This document shows, piece after piece, positions 26,340 to 44,348 of a stretch of DNA of 64,000 nt. How positions within the stretch are numbered: the first letter of the stretch is position 1; each line of letters starts with the position of its first letter. The stretch spans positions 37,014,001 through 37,078,000 of the forward strand of contig OX597840.1 in assembly GCA_951406725.2 (NCBI GenBank). Direction: 5' to 3'. The notes beneath the pieces are model-generated. The model ran no database searches. It saw nothing but the letters and a program-made list of their open reading frames with translations, and had not been told where the DNA came from. The translations under genes were made by a program, and so were the position numbers. The DNA comes from Octopus vulgaris (Eukaryota).

Positions 26340-26482
26340 GTTTGTGTGTCTGTGTTTGTTCCCCCAACATCGCTTGACAACCGATGCTCGTGTGTTTACG
26401 TCCCCGTAGCTTCGCGATTCGGCAAAAGAGTCCGATAGAATAAGACCTGGGGTCGATTTGCTCGACTAAAAGGGGTGTTCCA
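26340..26482 (+). mobile_element. SINE family B, 3' half
   Basis: cgcttgacaaccgatgct..tgtttacgtccccgt..ttcggcaaaagag..ggggtcgatttgctcgactaaa. Confidence 0.75.
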
Positions 26483-26801
26483 AGTATGAGTGTGTGTATA
26501 TAAATATAATATATATATATATGTGTGTGTGTGTGTATATATGTGTGTGTGAGTGCGTGTTTTCATGTATGTGCGTGTGTCTGTGTGTGTTTGTGTCTGT
26601 GTATATATTTGTATATGAATTTAAGATCATATGTAGGTATTTCGACGTGTGTACATATGTGCATTTTTAATAAAATATATTACATAATATACGCAATATA
26701 TACGGTAATTGATTTTGTGTATATTACTCTACTTGCGTATATTCTAGAAGACAACATACACACGCGCACACGTATGTATGCATGCGTGCACACACACATA
26801 A

Positions 26802-26842
<41 letters not shown>

Positions 26843-27479
26843 TGTGTGGGTATATATACACCTACAGATAAACATATCTTTCTCTCACTGTGTAACTACA
26901 TACACATACACATACGTGTGTATATGTTTGTATATGTATATATATATACTTATGTAAATAGCTTCTAATTCTCTAAAAACGCGGAGATTAAGCATTGACA
27001 CAATAAAAAAGCAACGACAGCTCCAACATCATCACCAACAACAAAGATATAACTTAAAAGTCACGAGAAAAAAAGAACACTAAAATATACATTAACAACA
27101 ACACAAACAACAATGCAAACGAGAAATCTACAGTAGAGAAATGACATAAGTACAGGAAAATTAATGTAAAATTGAAATGAAAATAAACGAGGCTCGAGAT
27201 GAAAGACTGCGGGAATACTTTAAGAAAGATGAGAGAAAATATGCAAATATACGACAAAGAAAGATGGCGAAATTAAGACAGAAAATAAAATACGCAAAGT
27301 CGTTTTGATTTCGGCGACTGTCGTAGTAGCAGTGATGGTTGTTGTTTTTGTTTTTGTTGTTCTTGTTGTTGTTGGTTTTGTTCACTTTGAACTCCAACGG
27401 TAATGTTTCGTAATCTAAATTTCTGTAACCATATTTACAATGTAATCACACTTTTGTTAAAGGATACACACATGCACAC

Positions 27480-29290
<1,811 letters not shown>

Positions 29291-29622
29291 TATATAATTG
29301 TGTAGGTGTGTGTTTTATTCATCTTTTCGCTGGATTTGCATCCGTTTTTCTACGGAAAAAAATTTCGTGTAATTTTACATACGCAGTTTTCTTTCATCGG
29401 CAAAAGAGAACGTTACTGATGTTCTATACGCTTGAAAATTCTCGGCCTCAAACAAGAATAATTGAATTCAGAACGGTTTGTAATAATATTAGAGAAAGGA
29501 ATAAGTATTTTTTGAAATAACGGGAATATTTGGTCGAGCAAGACTTTAACAAAACGCTTATATGTGTATTTTCTCCATTTCCACAGAGACCTTAAATTAT
29601 TATATATATATACTATACATAC

Positions 29623-29668
<46 letters not shown>

Positions 29669-30489
29669 GTGTGTGTGTGTGTGTATGTATATATGCACAA
29701 GGATATATGTGTATATATCCATATACACACCCGTGTATATGCATGTAATAAATTCATAAATTACATAAACGTCACACGTGTTTCATTAGAGATTACAGTA
29801 TGTAAGGTAGTCGTTAATTAAATGACTGCTTAATCATATTACACACCAGATCATCAGAAGAAACTAGTAGTTCTTATTCTTTTTTCTGCGTATTTGCTTG
29901 TGTGCGTTTGTATACATGTATGTATATCATATGCATGTATATACATACACATACATAAATATATATATGTAAATATTATCCAAATTATATATGCACATAT
30001 ATACGTGGTATTCATTTATGAGTTTGTGTATACACACACACGCACACACTCACTCACACACTCACACACACACACACATATATACGTATATATACATGGG
30101 AGGTGTATATATAGACACTCTCTCTCTCTCTCTCTCTCGCAAAGAGTTATGCAAGTAGGCAGCAAAGAGTCGTCAGTGTAATGTTTGGAATATCCTACAG
30201 TAATTCTGAGGTGTTTTGCTTTCTGTTTGTAAAGCTTGATAAAGTTCAACTTTACGGTTCATACTTTCAGGATCGATAAAAACAAGGATCGACTGATCGA
30301 CGATAATCGATTAGATGACTGTTGGGAAAGATGCCTTGATATAACCGTTTCGTATCTGAAAGTGACAAGTGCCGATGGAGTTGAAATGAGAAAGGCAATC
30401 TCCGTCGAAAAACCTTGTCTAGACTTGCGCACGGAAAGCATAATACATTTCCCCCTCGAATCTATCAGTGTGGTCAGAAGCCCGTCCAC

Positions 30490-30770
30490 TGCAGGGCACC
30501 TTGTGCAAGTGCCTTGTTGCAGGTTCACTAATAATTTGGTAGAAGGAACCTGGATCAAAGCCCTTCATGACTATATATATATATATGTTTGTGTGTGTTT
30601 GTGTCTCCCCAGCCACAAAGCAATCGGTGTTGGTTTATTAACGTCTGCGTAACCTCACAGTTCGGTGAAAGATACTGACAGAATAAGTAATGAGATCGAT
30701 TTGTTCAACTACACTCTTCAAGCCAGTGCTTCGGCATGGCCGCAGTCTAAGGACCGGAACTAATAGAAGT
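30490..30770 (+). mobile_element. Old SINE family B copy
   Basis: ggcaccttgtgcaagtg..internal TA/TG tract..gcttcggcatggccgcagtc. Confidence 0.6.
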
Positions 30771-32149
30771 TTGTATCTTGGGTGCATTGGAAGTATTAAT
30801 ATGTTGGTATTATTTGAAAGTCCAAAGATGTTATAAATCCTTAGTAACGCAAAACAACGACGGGAAATAATTTTCCCTTCCTTTAAATTTCAGTAAAATT
30901 GCCCCCAGAAGTTAAAACGCCTCACAAACACGTTCGAATTAACCTAAGTTTGCATTAATTCCCAACAAGTCTTTGCGCAATTATTTATTTATTGTATTAC
31001 AAGGGTGGTCTACCAACGCAAATCACTCACTAGAGTTGATTGATGCATTATACATCCCGTCTGCTCAGGGTTACCTCCCTTTATGTGCGCTACTGAGAAT
31101 GAACAACAAGCTAGACATACATCCAGGGGTACAATGGATGGTATCACTGCGCTGGTAGTGGTGTATTTACACATCTTACAAACAATTTGGTTGTTCGACA
31201 TTTTTCAGTTACGTAAAATTTTCCTTTACGGATTGCACATAACAGTGAGATTAAATAGATATGTTATTCAGCAGAGATTAAACAGATATACGCATCTAGA
31301 ACCTCTTCCCCTCCACTAATGATTGTGTATGTAGCATTGGAAATCTCAAGGTCAGAAGTCTTACGATGATTTTAATAGTGTTATCTTTACATGTCGATTA
31401 CCATTAGATTCGGATATTCAAACATACACACAATATCCACATGGAAGTATATACATGATTACGTATACATATATTTCTGTACATGTACGCGGGTAGTATA
31501 TACATACATACACACATACATAAATCTACATACATACATATACATACGTATACATACATACATACGTATACATACATACATACATATACATACATACATA
31601 CATATACATATATATATATATATATATATCTGTGAGTGTGAGTGTGTATGTATGTATGTATGTATATATATATATATATATATATATACACGTTTGTTTT
31701 ACGCATGTGTTTGTATGTACATATGTATACACGTACGCATCTATATATGCGTGTGTATGCACGTATACATACATATATGATTGTTTCGTTTTTTAAGATA
31801 TGTTGCTATTATCATCAGTTCTATTATTATTATTATTATTATTATTATTATGTTGACAGGGGATTGATTGTGATTTGATAACCACTGCAGCGGAGAAGTT
31901 AAAGATGACGATTTCTGCATTGCAGTAATCAGAGATCAAGGAGAACCGGAGGAATGGTAAATTAAAGGGGAATCAACGAAACATGATTCATTAAAAACGA
32001 ACACAACGTCAAGCATAAATACATACATACATGTATGCATACGTACATGTATACATACATATATACCTACATAGACACAGACAAACACACACATATATAT
32101 ATATATAAAGTATACATATATATACATATTAGTATATATACATACACCG

Positions 32150-32202
<53 letters not shown>

Positions 32203-32399
32203 GTTCATATATAGGTATTTAAACTGACATCTCTGAGTTTGTATGCTCGCATGTACACTTATGTTTGTGCTTATCTACATACGCGGACAGTTATGTGTCT
32301 ACATCTATCAAGTCATCTATTCTATCTATATCTGCATCTCTCTCTCTTTATATATATATATACGTATGTATGAATGTACGTTAGCTTCTTTTGATAACA

Positions 32400-32430
<31 letters not shown>

Positions 32431-32784
32431 GATTATGCGTCTCTATGTTTGTGTATGCATGTCCACACATCGTTTGTCATAATAATCAAAAGAACAGCTG
32501 TATAAAGTGAAGAGATGAGAGTAAGGAGTAAATGAAGGGAGAGTAATAAAAAAAACATTGCTGACAGAAGAGAGACAACATAATGCACAAAAAGACATCA
32601 CATAGGCGCAGTGAAAAGACAGAAAACTAGAGACAATGATAGGAAATGTTCATGGGAATTAGAAATGCGAAAAAAAAAAGAGAAAAGAAAAGAGTGAGTT
32701 GAATGTAAAGGTCGGTGCAGTAAAGTGTATGGCAGAAGGAATAAAACCGTATGACAGAATGATTTAAGAGAAGAACGAAGTGGG

Positions 32785-34510
<1,726 letters not shown>

Positions 34511-34660
34511 CGTATGTATAACCAAAAGTGAATAGAGAATGAGTATAATAGAGAAGATAATGGCGCAATAATACGAAGGAGATTGAAGATTCCAGGACTG
34601 GAAAAAAAAACGGAATTTGGTCAGAGAAAATGTGAAATTGAGAAAAGTGGTCGCGTGATA

Positions 34661-34691
<31 letters not shown>

Positions 34692-34784
34692 AACTACTAT
34701 TTATTCTAAAGCTAATAGTGTTATTCAAGAATCTGCGATTGGTGCTGCAACAATCCCATAAAAAATAATATTAATAGTAACAAA

Positions 34785-34978
34785 AATGATTTCAAATTTT
34801 TACCACAAGGGCAGCTTGGGAATAAAGGATCAAGTTGATTATATCGACACCAGTGTGTAACTGGTTTTTATTTAATCGACGCCGAAAGAATGAATGGTAA
34901 AGTCGATATGTAAAGACGGGCGAAATACCGCTACGCATTTCACCCAACGAGCTAAAATGTCTGCCAGCTCACTGCCTT
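34785..34978 (-). mobile_element. SINE family A
   Basis: atcgacaccagt..ctgg..atcgacgccgaaagaatgaa..cgaaataccgcta..ctgccagctcactgcc. Confidence 0.75.
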
Positions 34979-35060
34979 AATAAAAACAACAACAACAATA
35001 ATAATAACAATAATAATAACAACAATGATAATAATAATAAAAAAAAATAATAATAATAAT

Positions 35061-35215
35061 TGTCCCCGTTACTTAGCGGTTCGGCAAAAGAGACCGATAG
35101 AATAAGTACTGGGCTTACAAAAGAATAAGTCCTAGGGTCGAGTTGCTCGATTAAAGGCGGTGCTCCAGCATGGCCGCAGTCAAATGACTGAAACATGTAA
35201 AAGAGTAAAAGAGAG
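35061..35215 (+). mobile_element. SINE family B, 5'-truncated young copy within (AAT)n
   Basis: Near-identical to 12193-12350. Confidence 0.85.
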
Positions 35216-35223
35216 AGAGAATC

Positions 35224-35267
<44 letters not shown>

Positions 35268-35274
35268 AACAACT

Positions 35275-35680
35275 GTCTTAGTATAAAAGATGGGCTACAG
35301 TAAATATTCTGCTAAGCCTCCGATTTGCTTGTCAGTTGTTTGACCTTAAACATTTGGTGGCTGACGATATATGCATCTCTGATAACGAGCAGAAGTAGAG
35401 GGGAAGCATCATAGCCATGTTTTGGCAGAAATTCTTTGGGGTTTGGATTATTCAGCTCTGGAAACATGGGTGTTTCATTCAACATCCTTTATTCAGGGAC
35501 CACTTGAGCAGGATAGGCTACTCGACCTGAAGAAAATCCTAACTGGATCTCATCTGCAGGGTCATGCGCTGTTTATCTTGATATGAGATCACCATGTCGC
35601 GCACATATGGTTGTGATGCATGTGACTGGTGTACCCTTATCAGACGGGTAGTCATGGGCTGTGTATATTTTACCCCAGTG
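35275..35680 (+). mobile_element. Interspersed repeat family E (associated with (AAT)n)
   Basis: aaaagatgggctacag..gatttgcttgtcagttgtttgacc..tacccttatcagacgggtag; homologues at 45875, 55366 and 59735. Confidence 0.8.
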
Positions 35681-35699
35681 GAGGTATACTTTACCTCAG

Positions 35700-35855
35700 T
35701 GGATTACATCGATTAGTACTTATTTTATCGACCCAGAAAGATTGAAAAGCCATGTTGACCTCGGTGGAATTTGAACTCAGAACGTTAGAAATCAGTCAAA
35801 ATACCGCTAGTCATTTCCCCCGCCGTGCTAACGATTCCTCCAACTATCAGCCTTG
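35700..35855 (-). mobile_element. SINE family A
   Basis: tacttattttatcgaccc..gacctcggtggaatttgaactcagaacg..gtgctaacgattc. Confidence 0.75.
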
Positions 35856-36415
35856 GAAACTAACGAAATATTTCTTCACAATTGTTAAATATTTTTTTTG
35901 CTTATGTAGGCACGATCGGAATAATATTTCGTGGGGCGGCAAATGTTGGTAAAATCAACCACAATGTATGGTACATTGTGTTTATTAATGACTCGTGGAC
36001 GTGACAGGCTAATTCTCCTTTGAGAAGATTTCAGGTCAGAACATGAACGAATAATTGGAAAGCGAACGAAACAAATTCCGCCTTGTTTTATTATTGATAT
36101 CCTGCCATCAAGATATTAATACAAAGGATTACTTTGACAGACAATGTATATTTTGTGAGATGGTGTGATATGGATTAAAGAAATCTCTGGATTTAGCTGG
36201 GACATTATTTTTTCAACACAGAATGATAAAAGCTAAATTGGTATCTTCCTCATTCTTCTCATCATCATCATCATCGTCTCTGTAGAGAAGATTATATATG
36301 CGTGTGTGTGTAGATGTATGTGTGTGTATGTACATATATATGTGTGTATATATATGGGCACTTGCACACACATATAAGCACTTACATATACATGTATACA
36401 TACATATACATACAT

Positions 36416-36481
<66 letters not shown>

Positions 36482-36639
36482 CACTCAGTCTACTCCTAGT
36501 ATAGTAGTTTCGCTACAGCTATAATTAGTTTTATTACTAGCTTTGATATTCGTGGATTTTTTTAAATCTCTGCATCGGATGAAATACTTGAAAAAATTGA
36601 GACATTTGATATATCTAACATAATGCCATAACATACGTC

Positions 36640-37350
36640 CGTCAAGAAAGTTTGTGCATTTGCATCAGAATGCACCACGAACACTCACAGCAGACAATCG
36701 TGCAAACAAATGGTACAAAGTACTCTTTATTGACAGTTTGATTAGAGGGAACCCAGTGGCCATAGATGATGCACTTGGTGTCGGTAAAGACGATGTTCAT
36801 GAACTTCTCGGTTGACTTACTATACCTGGCTAACTTGGTGCTGGAAGGTCCAGAATGCTCCAATAGGTCACACTATCTTTTGGTCTCTGTACCATAACGA
36901 TAGATGTCGCTGTCTCATATTCTCTTGGACTGGCGATAATAAGCTCAACCGTTTCCTTGTCGTTAAGGTGTCTTTCTTTCTGTTCGTCACTGAGCATCCT
37001 TGGAAACGGCATGCACAAATAGTGCATGTTCTGATCTTTGTGAATAATTCTGTGTACCCTTGTCCTCTACACTAGAAATTATACGGATTTTCTCTTTATG
37101 GACGCACGACAATTGCGAATTTTCTGATCCACCACTTACACTCTGATGAACGTCTCATTCTCCACGCTTCTCATCATCTCCCACCGCCTCTCGATCGTCC
37201 TTAAAACTTTTGTGCCAACGGAAAACAAATGCCTCTCTCATACAGGTTAACCCCCGCTGAAGCAAGTTGGAGCAGTTCATAAGTTTCTGCAGCGTTTTGG
37301 CTCAATTCGAACTCAAACTTTATTGCATAGTGAGCTCCGAAGCGTCGCAT
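36640..37350 (-). mobile_element. Tc1/mariner transposase relic
   Basis: Minus-strand frames give HYAIK..NAAETYELLQ..CMREAFVFRWHKSFKDDREAVGDDE (HTH region), FPRMLSDEQKER (WVPR-like motif) and SKSTEKFMNIVFTDTKCIIYGHWVPSNQTVNKEYF (catalytic domain). Multiple frameshifts. Confidence 0.85.
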
Positions 37351-38407
37351 CTACATTCTGTAAACTAATTAGTTGTGACAAGCACTGCTTGTCGGGGTGG
37401 GGTGGGGCCTCGAAGTCTTCTTACAGCGATCTTCTACACTCGGGAATAACAACAACTGGTAGGTCAGCTTATTAAGTGTGTAGTAATCATAAGTTAAAGT
37501 CATAACTATCTCGGATAGTTATAACCGCTTCTCCTGAGAAGGTGATTCACAGGCGCGCACTCGTACACACACAGAGACAAACACACACGCACGCACATGC
37601 GTATTCTGGAAATTTGAAAGGTAGCGTTGTACGTTGCAGTTAATCAGGTTATTTGTTTCAAATGCTTCAGAATCGTCCACACACTCTTTGTAGGATATTT
37701 AAGAAAACAAAAATGGTTTTCCAAGTTGCATATAGCGCTTTATGGAGAAAAACAAAAAATGTTCCGAAACTCTCCTAGTTCTTTTCTTTAAGAACCAAAC
37801 ACGCAGGTAAGACAGAGGTAATTAAATTTGCATGCTTAGAATATGGTTGATTGGGTTGTTTTCATTGTATTCTCCGAAGGAAGATTTGAAAACAGAATTT
37901 CAAATGTCAAGAATTGTACTTTAAGTTTGGTATTAAATAGAAATGTACGAGAAATTACTTTCAGTGATTCACGAAAATATAACCGTAGCCTATACGTATT
38001 TGTGTGTGTGTGTGTGTGTGTGGAAAGAATGAGAGAGGAAGAGGAGGGGGCGGAAGAGGGAAAGGGAAGGAATTGTAAGAATACGAAATTACCAAAATTA
38101 AGAAAGTCTAAATCTAATTTGCCATAACAATGTTAAAAAACAACTTTGTGAATCAAGGAATTGGTAAGATAATCAAATACAGGATTTTTAAAAAATGGGC
38201 AGAATAAAGAATTTGTTAGATTCACCTTCACACACAGCTCAGTACTTTCACACACAAAGCAACACATACACACACATACGCACATGCACTTACATACATA
38301 CATATCCATTTTCAGTAAATAAACAAAGAATATGAAGATTCCAAGATTAAAGAAAGGAGGAAACCTAAAAATTAAAGACCGGCAGATTCAAAACTAAAAA
38401 ATATATA

Positions 38408-38474
<67 letters not shown>

Positions 38475-39174
38475 ATATATATGTATCAAAGAAACCAGGA
38501 ACTGATAACGAAATAACAATATCAACAAAGAATCGCAATTATAAACAAAAGGTGATGAAAAGGAATAATACAAGGCTGAAAAAAGTATTACGGAATTTTT
38601 GAAATTAAACAAAGAAAATGGTAAAATCAACAAACAAAAGCTTGATGGAATGGATACAAATATCACAAATGCACACACATACAGACACACAGACACATAT
38701 ATATATACACATACATATATTAATAAATGCGTATATATATATTCCCGCACTCACATAATGCATAAAGGAAAATAAGAAAATGTAGAGGAAATGTAAAGTA
38801 GTAAAGTATAGAACGTAAAAATAATGAAATAACAGAATTTGAGGAAAAATATAAATTGGAATTAATAGAAAGAGAAAATGAAATCTGTTCATTTTAGGTT
38901 TCATCATGGTGAGCTTCAACATTAAACACACGCAGCCATAATAATGGTTTCTGCTGGAGGTAGAATGCGAGAAAGTTTTGTGGGGACGTGTTAGTCTATT
39001 GAGCGCGGTTCTCAACAGGTATTTATTACATCGATCCCGATATGATGATATGCAAAATCATTCTCGATTATCTTTGAACTCTGAAGGTGAAGAGACATTG
39101 TCAGATGCGTTGACGATTGTGCCTGCTTGTTGCCTTAATAATAATAATAAAAATAATAATAATAATGATAGTGA

Positions 39175-39860
39175 TGACATGGGGATGAAATTTGGACTTG
39201 GTAAATGTGCCATGGCCCCTTTCCGGAAAGGGAAATTGGGATGTTTGATGCAATCATAAAAGAACTCGAGCAGGAACAAACTTACAAATACCTCGGAATA
39301 CCACAACGTGCGCGGCACAAGGACTAACTTTGAGGACAAATGGCGCGAAGCGCAGAATTGATAAATCAACTGAGAGCGACAAATGCAGAAGGCATGACGA
39401 GAGGCGTTGAACTGTGGCACATTGTTTGTGAATGTCCGAAGTTGGCACGTGAATACAAAAGTGGACATGGCAGTGTAGAGAGTTTTTGGTAGCTCTGTGG
39501 ACATGATGGCCCAGGATGATCAAGTACGCTTTATGACTAAGTCCCATAAAGAGTTATTGAAAATGAGGAGGGCAAAACTCTGTGGGATAGAATAATTCCG
39601 TGTAACCATCAGATTAGACATTGGAAACCTGACATCGTTGTGATGAGCAGGACAGGAGAAAAAAAGATGCGTGTTAATTGACATAACATGTCCTGATGTG
39701 AACAGGATCGAAGAGAAAGAAGGAAACAATTAATTATGCTGAATTCAAGTCAGAAATAAGCCGGTTGTAGGCAACGAAGGGAGTGGACGTCATACCAATA
39801 GTGATTGGCGCGCTTGGAAGTATCAGAATTCAACTACTGACATAGCTCAAAAGGATTGAA
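39175..39860 (+). mobile_element. R4/Dong-like non-LTR retrotransposon fragment (RT motif, CCHC, restriction-like endonuclease)
   Basis: DMGMKFGLGKCA (RT), KCRR..TVAHIVCECPKLAREYK (CCHC region), VIENEEGKTLWD..HWKPDIVV..CVLIDITCP..VIPIVIGALG (RLE). Starts next to (AAT)n. Confidence 0.85.
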
Positions 39861-39864
39861 CTAT

Positions 39865-39991
39865 GTAACTGATACTTATTTTATCGACCCGCAAAGGGGA
39901 TGGGGGAATACGTCATCAGAGAGTAGAGATGGATGAACTGCCGCTAAGCATTTTTTTCGGCGCGCTTAACGATTCTGCCAGTTCGGTGCCT
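39865..39991 (-). mobile_element. SINE family A, degenerate
   Basis: tacttattttatcgaccc..ccgctaagcatt..taacgattctgccagttcg. Confidence 0.65.
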
Positions 39992-40724
39992 AAATGGCCT
40001 TCTGTAATATTATTTATCTGAGACTTATTGAGGATGCCTGACGATGTCTGAACATGGATTTGCTTCACAACATCTCAGATATATTTAGAATTAAAAAAAA
40101 GCTTTACAAGAACATGTATAGATACACAAACGTGCGAGCATAAACACATATCAACATATGCCTATATACACATGTAAGAGACATCTAACACAGCAGCTGT
40201 AATACAAGACTACATACATACCTGACGTATAAACATACATACACACATACATATCTATATAGAGATCGATATGCATACACTTAGAAACGTACACATCGTC
40301 TCTCATGCACACACACTCATATAATAGAAATATTGAATTATTGTCATAATGCTAACAACTCTACCTATTGATTTTATTTTATTTAAAATCTTATTTTATT
40401 CACCAAAATCTGACTTTCTAAATTGATTTATGAAGTAAAAGGTGTAGTCTTTTGGGGGCTGCTCTTGAAATTTTATTCTACTTTCATTTTTCTTTTTTCT
40501 TCTTCTTCGTCGTCAATTATGTAAAATTAATCACCAAAATGGCACATTTATATTAAAATAATCTTTCCATAAAGTTAGCAACAATAAACACCACATTCCA
40601 TTATTGCTTTCGTTTTCAATATGGAGATTTTTCATTATAGTTTTTCAAGTATCTGTCTATCACCGTATTTCACTGTCACAAACCAGCTCACACACACGAC
40701 ACACACACGCACGTGTGTTTAGAG

Positions 40725-40990
40725 CGCCAAGCTTAAGAGGTAGTGAGTTCTATTCCTAGACTGGGCTGTGTTTCGTTCTTGTGCAATTTCACGTTCCTTC
40801 AGTTCATTCAGATTTAGAAATGGGTTGCGAAGTCACGGGTACCAAGCTGTATCGGTTTCCCTTTACCTTTCCCTTGGATAACATCAGTGGCATGGAAAGG
40901 AGAAGCTGAGATATATAGACAACTGCTGGTTCTCCATAAATTGCCTTGACCGGTGTTGCGCAGAAACGACTAGACCCTAAATTACTGAAT
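40725..40990 (+). mobile_element. CORE-type SINE family C, older copy
   Basis: cagttcattcag..agaaatgggttgcga.gtcacgggtaccaagctgta..ataacatcagtggc, colinear with 9138-9465. Confidence 0.7.
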
Positions 40991-41395
40991 GCGCTTCCAA
41001 TTCTGTCTTGGTTGTGTCATTTGCTTCCATCCTCACCCACATTACTTGACCAAGTCATCTTCCCATGGTCTTGGAGAGCTTCCAGGCAGTCTTTACCGAA
41101 CTCTCTGCTTCAGAAGAGAGCTGTTTCTTTCAAGCTAACGTAAGGTATTCATTGATGAATTAAACGCTTGAAACGACCGTGACATATTGACACTTATACA
41201 GGGCTTGTTATTTATTTACATTCTATTCACCTAACTTGGAGCTGCGCAGACAATACCGAAATGACAAGGTGCCTCAATTTAAATACATTATTTAACAGAA
41301 TCTGAATTACACACATACACACACAAACAAGGTATGGTGATGTAAACAGAAAAATAGACGTCCCAGGTTTTGAGTCACTCTGTCGCTTTCGCCAA

Positions 41396-41428
<33 letters not shown>

Positions 41429-42007
41429 ACGCATATATCCTTTTTGAGACGAACATTTATATTTCTCTCGCCAAATTAGGGTATCATCGTATGCTGCCAG
41501 AATAACCATCTCCCCTACAGTATAAGGGAACTTGTTAACACGGGTGATTGGTGACAGGAGGCTGAACTCTGCCTTGCTCATTGCCAACATGTTTTAAATA
41601 ATCAGTCGACTTGATTTATGGGTTGACGTGTGCAATATTTTAAACATTTACGCGACCGGTGGTTTCGCATAGACACAAGGAGGGCCTGCACTGTGCCTAA
41701 GTATGGTTTCTTCCTTCAAATACTACCGCAATTTGGGAATTTCTCTTTTAGTCATCCAAAGGTATTCGATAAAGTACTTAGCAGTGCAGAAATCAAAGTT
41801 AAGGTAGGTGGAGTGGGGTAGCATTGTTCTTCTCTTCTAAAATATATAACCGTGTGTCTATGGTATAAATCAATATTTTAGTTAATCGATATTAAAAATC
41901 AATCACTGCCTTTGCTTTCCTGATCACTACTTCTCTCCATTCTGCAGTTTTGTTGTCGTATTTATTGTTGTTGCTGATAAGAACGAAGCTGTCGCTGCCG
42001 CTGCTAC

Positions 42008-42345
42008 TGATGACGATGACGATGATGATGATGACGACGATGATGGATGACGATAATGTTGATGATTATGAGGTTGGTGGTGATGACGATTATGATGACG
42101 ATGATGATGATGAATATGATGATGATGATGATAATGACGATGATGATGATGACGATGGTGGTGATGATGATGATGGATAACGATAATGTTGATGATTATG
42201 AGGTTGGTGGTGATGATGATGATGATGATGAAGATGATGATGTTGGTGATGACGAAGATGATGATGGTGACACTGATGAAGACGATGACGATGGTAATAA
42301 TGACAGCGGTGACGATCCTGAATATAAGTATTGTGATGACAGCGA
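42008..42345. repeat. Degenerate (GAT)n microsatellite with internal duplication
   Basis: The segment cgataatgttgatgattatgaggttggtggtgatga occurs at 42051 and 42181. Confidence 0.9.
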
Positions 42346-42648
42346 CATCTAGCTCGTGATATCTGTTTTAATGGTGCAGACATCTGATACACACCCAATC
42401 AATTGTTGCTGCTTCTCCTGCCTCTTAACCTAAGATTGGTTATTTCTGTTCTGAATGCATAAATAAAAAAGCCTTCCGTCCGTGACAACCACATTTTCAT
42501 TTCCTTCATATTCATTCTACGACTATATTGTGCAGTGTGCGCGCTTCTTTTCTTAGCATGACATAATATGGATTTCATTTGGAAGTTGGTCAGCCATGAT
42601 TCGAATGTTACTTTTGCGAAATGCATTCCGTATATATAATTGCATACA

Positions 42649-42698
<50 letters not shown>

Positions 42699-42713
42699 GA
42701 TAGATAGATATAA

Positions 42714-42751
<38 letters not shown>

Positions 42752-42782
42752 GATAGATATATATATATATATATATAGATAG

Positions 42783-42818
<36 letters not shown>

Positions 42819-42869
42819 TAGATAGATATAAAATATATATACATAGATATAAATATATATATATATAAT

Positions 42870-42907
<38 letters not shown>

Positions 42908-44348
42908 GATATGCATATGGATAATGTATATACACATGTAAGTAAACACTTATGCACATATATATCTACGTGTGTGTGCATGTGCATGTGTGTGTGTGTG
43001 CGTGAGTACGAAGATGGCTAAATGCAGTGAATAAACTGAACGTAGAAGATAAAATACTCAATAATCAATAAGCAATCAATTTCGTTGAAGACGAACTGAG
43101 TGGTGGGGGCGACGCTGGTCGTGGTGTTGGGAGTAATGCTGGTGGTTATGGCGGCGGCGGCGGCGGTGGTGGTGATGGATGTGACGGTGATGGCGGTGGT
43201 TGTGGTTACGCATAATCACTTTTTATTATTAATTTCTGTTTTAAAGACAAGGGTGTAGTATTTAAGTTGATTAAAAGATTTGAGGATTAAGGGCAACGGC
43301 GGTTAAGATGCAACAAGATGCAAGCTGGAGGAGAGTTATGCGGAGAGTGATGAGGAGAGTTATGCGCGGCGGTATTAAATGGGATTTTATTCCGACACGT
43401 TTCCTTTACACTCGATTTTATGTTCATTGTCTTTTCCCCCCTTGCATTCTTCTTCTTCTTCTTCTTCATCCTTCTTCTTCATTCTTCTTCTTCTTCTTCT
43501 TCTTCTTCTCCTTCTCTCCTCCTCCTCCCACTCCTTCCAATTATTCCTCTACCGTTAAAAGGAAGCAGCGTTATTGCTGCAAGAGTTGGAATCGCTTCTG
43601 TTTATGCTAAACGTCTTTTTGTTCTTTTATTTAACCTTTCCTTGCACCTAATGCACACGAAACAGAAATATTGACAGGCAACCTTTTGTTTTTAAATATT
43701 TTTCTTTCGCTTTTCTTTGGTTTCTATTTGTTTTCGATAATTTTTAAAAACAAGGTTATTTCCATTGTTTTTGCTTCTGTTTTGTTAGAGTGTCTTCTTA
43801 AATTATTCTACTCTCCCATGACAAATGTTTAAAAAAAATATTAATCCGTCTCTAGAAATATTTCATTGCTTCTTGCTAAGCTGTACCTCTTGTGTTTCCA
43901 TTCATCTGCGGTGTATATGGTTCTGGTCAAAAGCCTGAGCAGATCATTGCCAGTTTAAACTAGGTGGATATACGATTTAATCGTCCATGCAGGACAATTT
44001 TGCTCGAAGTACTTCCGTAGTCTTCTATTTAGTTCTGGTTATTATGCAGAATTCAAAGTGAGAATGCAATGAGCCGGAAGAAAAAACCCCTATGTATCTC
44101 GTCCGATGGTCTAACACTCCCATATATCTACCACAATGGCTGCTCTTTCATCGAAAATTTGAAGGGTAGAGGTTACCTTCCCTGAATTTGAACTGAGATC
44201 AAATACGTCTGTCCAACGTTCCCAATACATCGTCACAACGAACATTCGTCATTTTAGATTTTATTTTTATTTCTATAGATTCCAAGAAATAAAGAACATT
44301 CATGGATTTACCCAAGTTCAAGTAGTTCTCATTATTCAAATCTTCCAA

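Noticed and set aside
37502-37522. Short palindrome ataactatc-tcg-gatagttat as a mariner TIR
   Set aside because: No matching inverted copy on the other side of the transposase relic.
41950-42398. Asp-rich and His-rich ORFs
   Set aside because: Degenerate (GAT)n microsatellite with a frameshifting internal duplication; no splice or start context.
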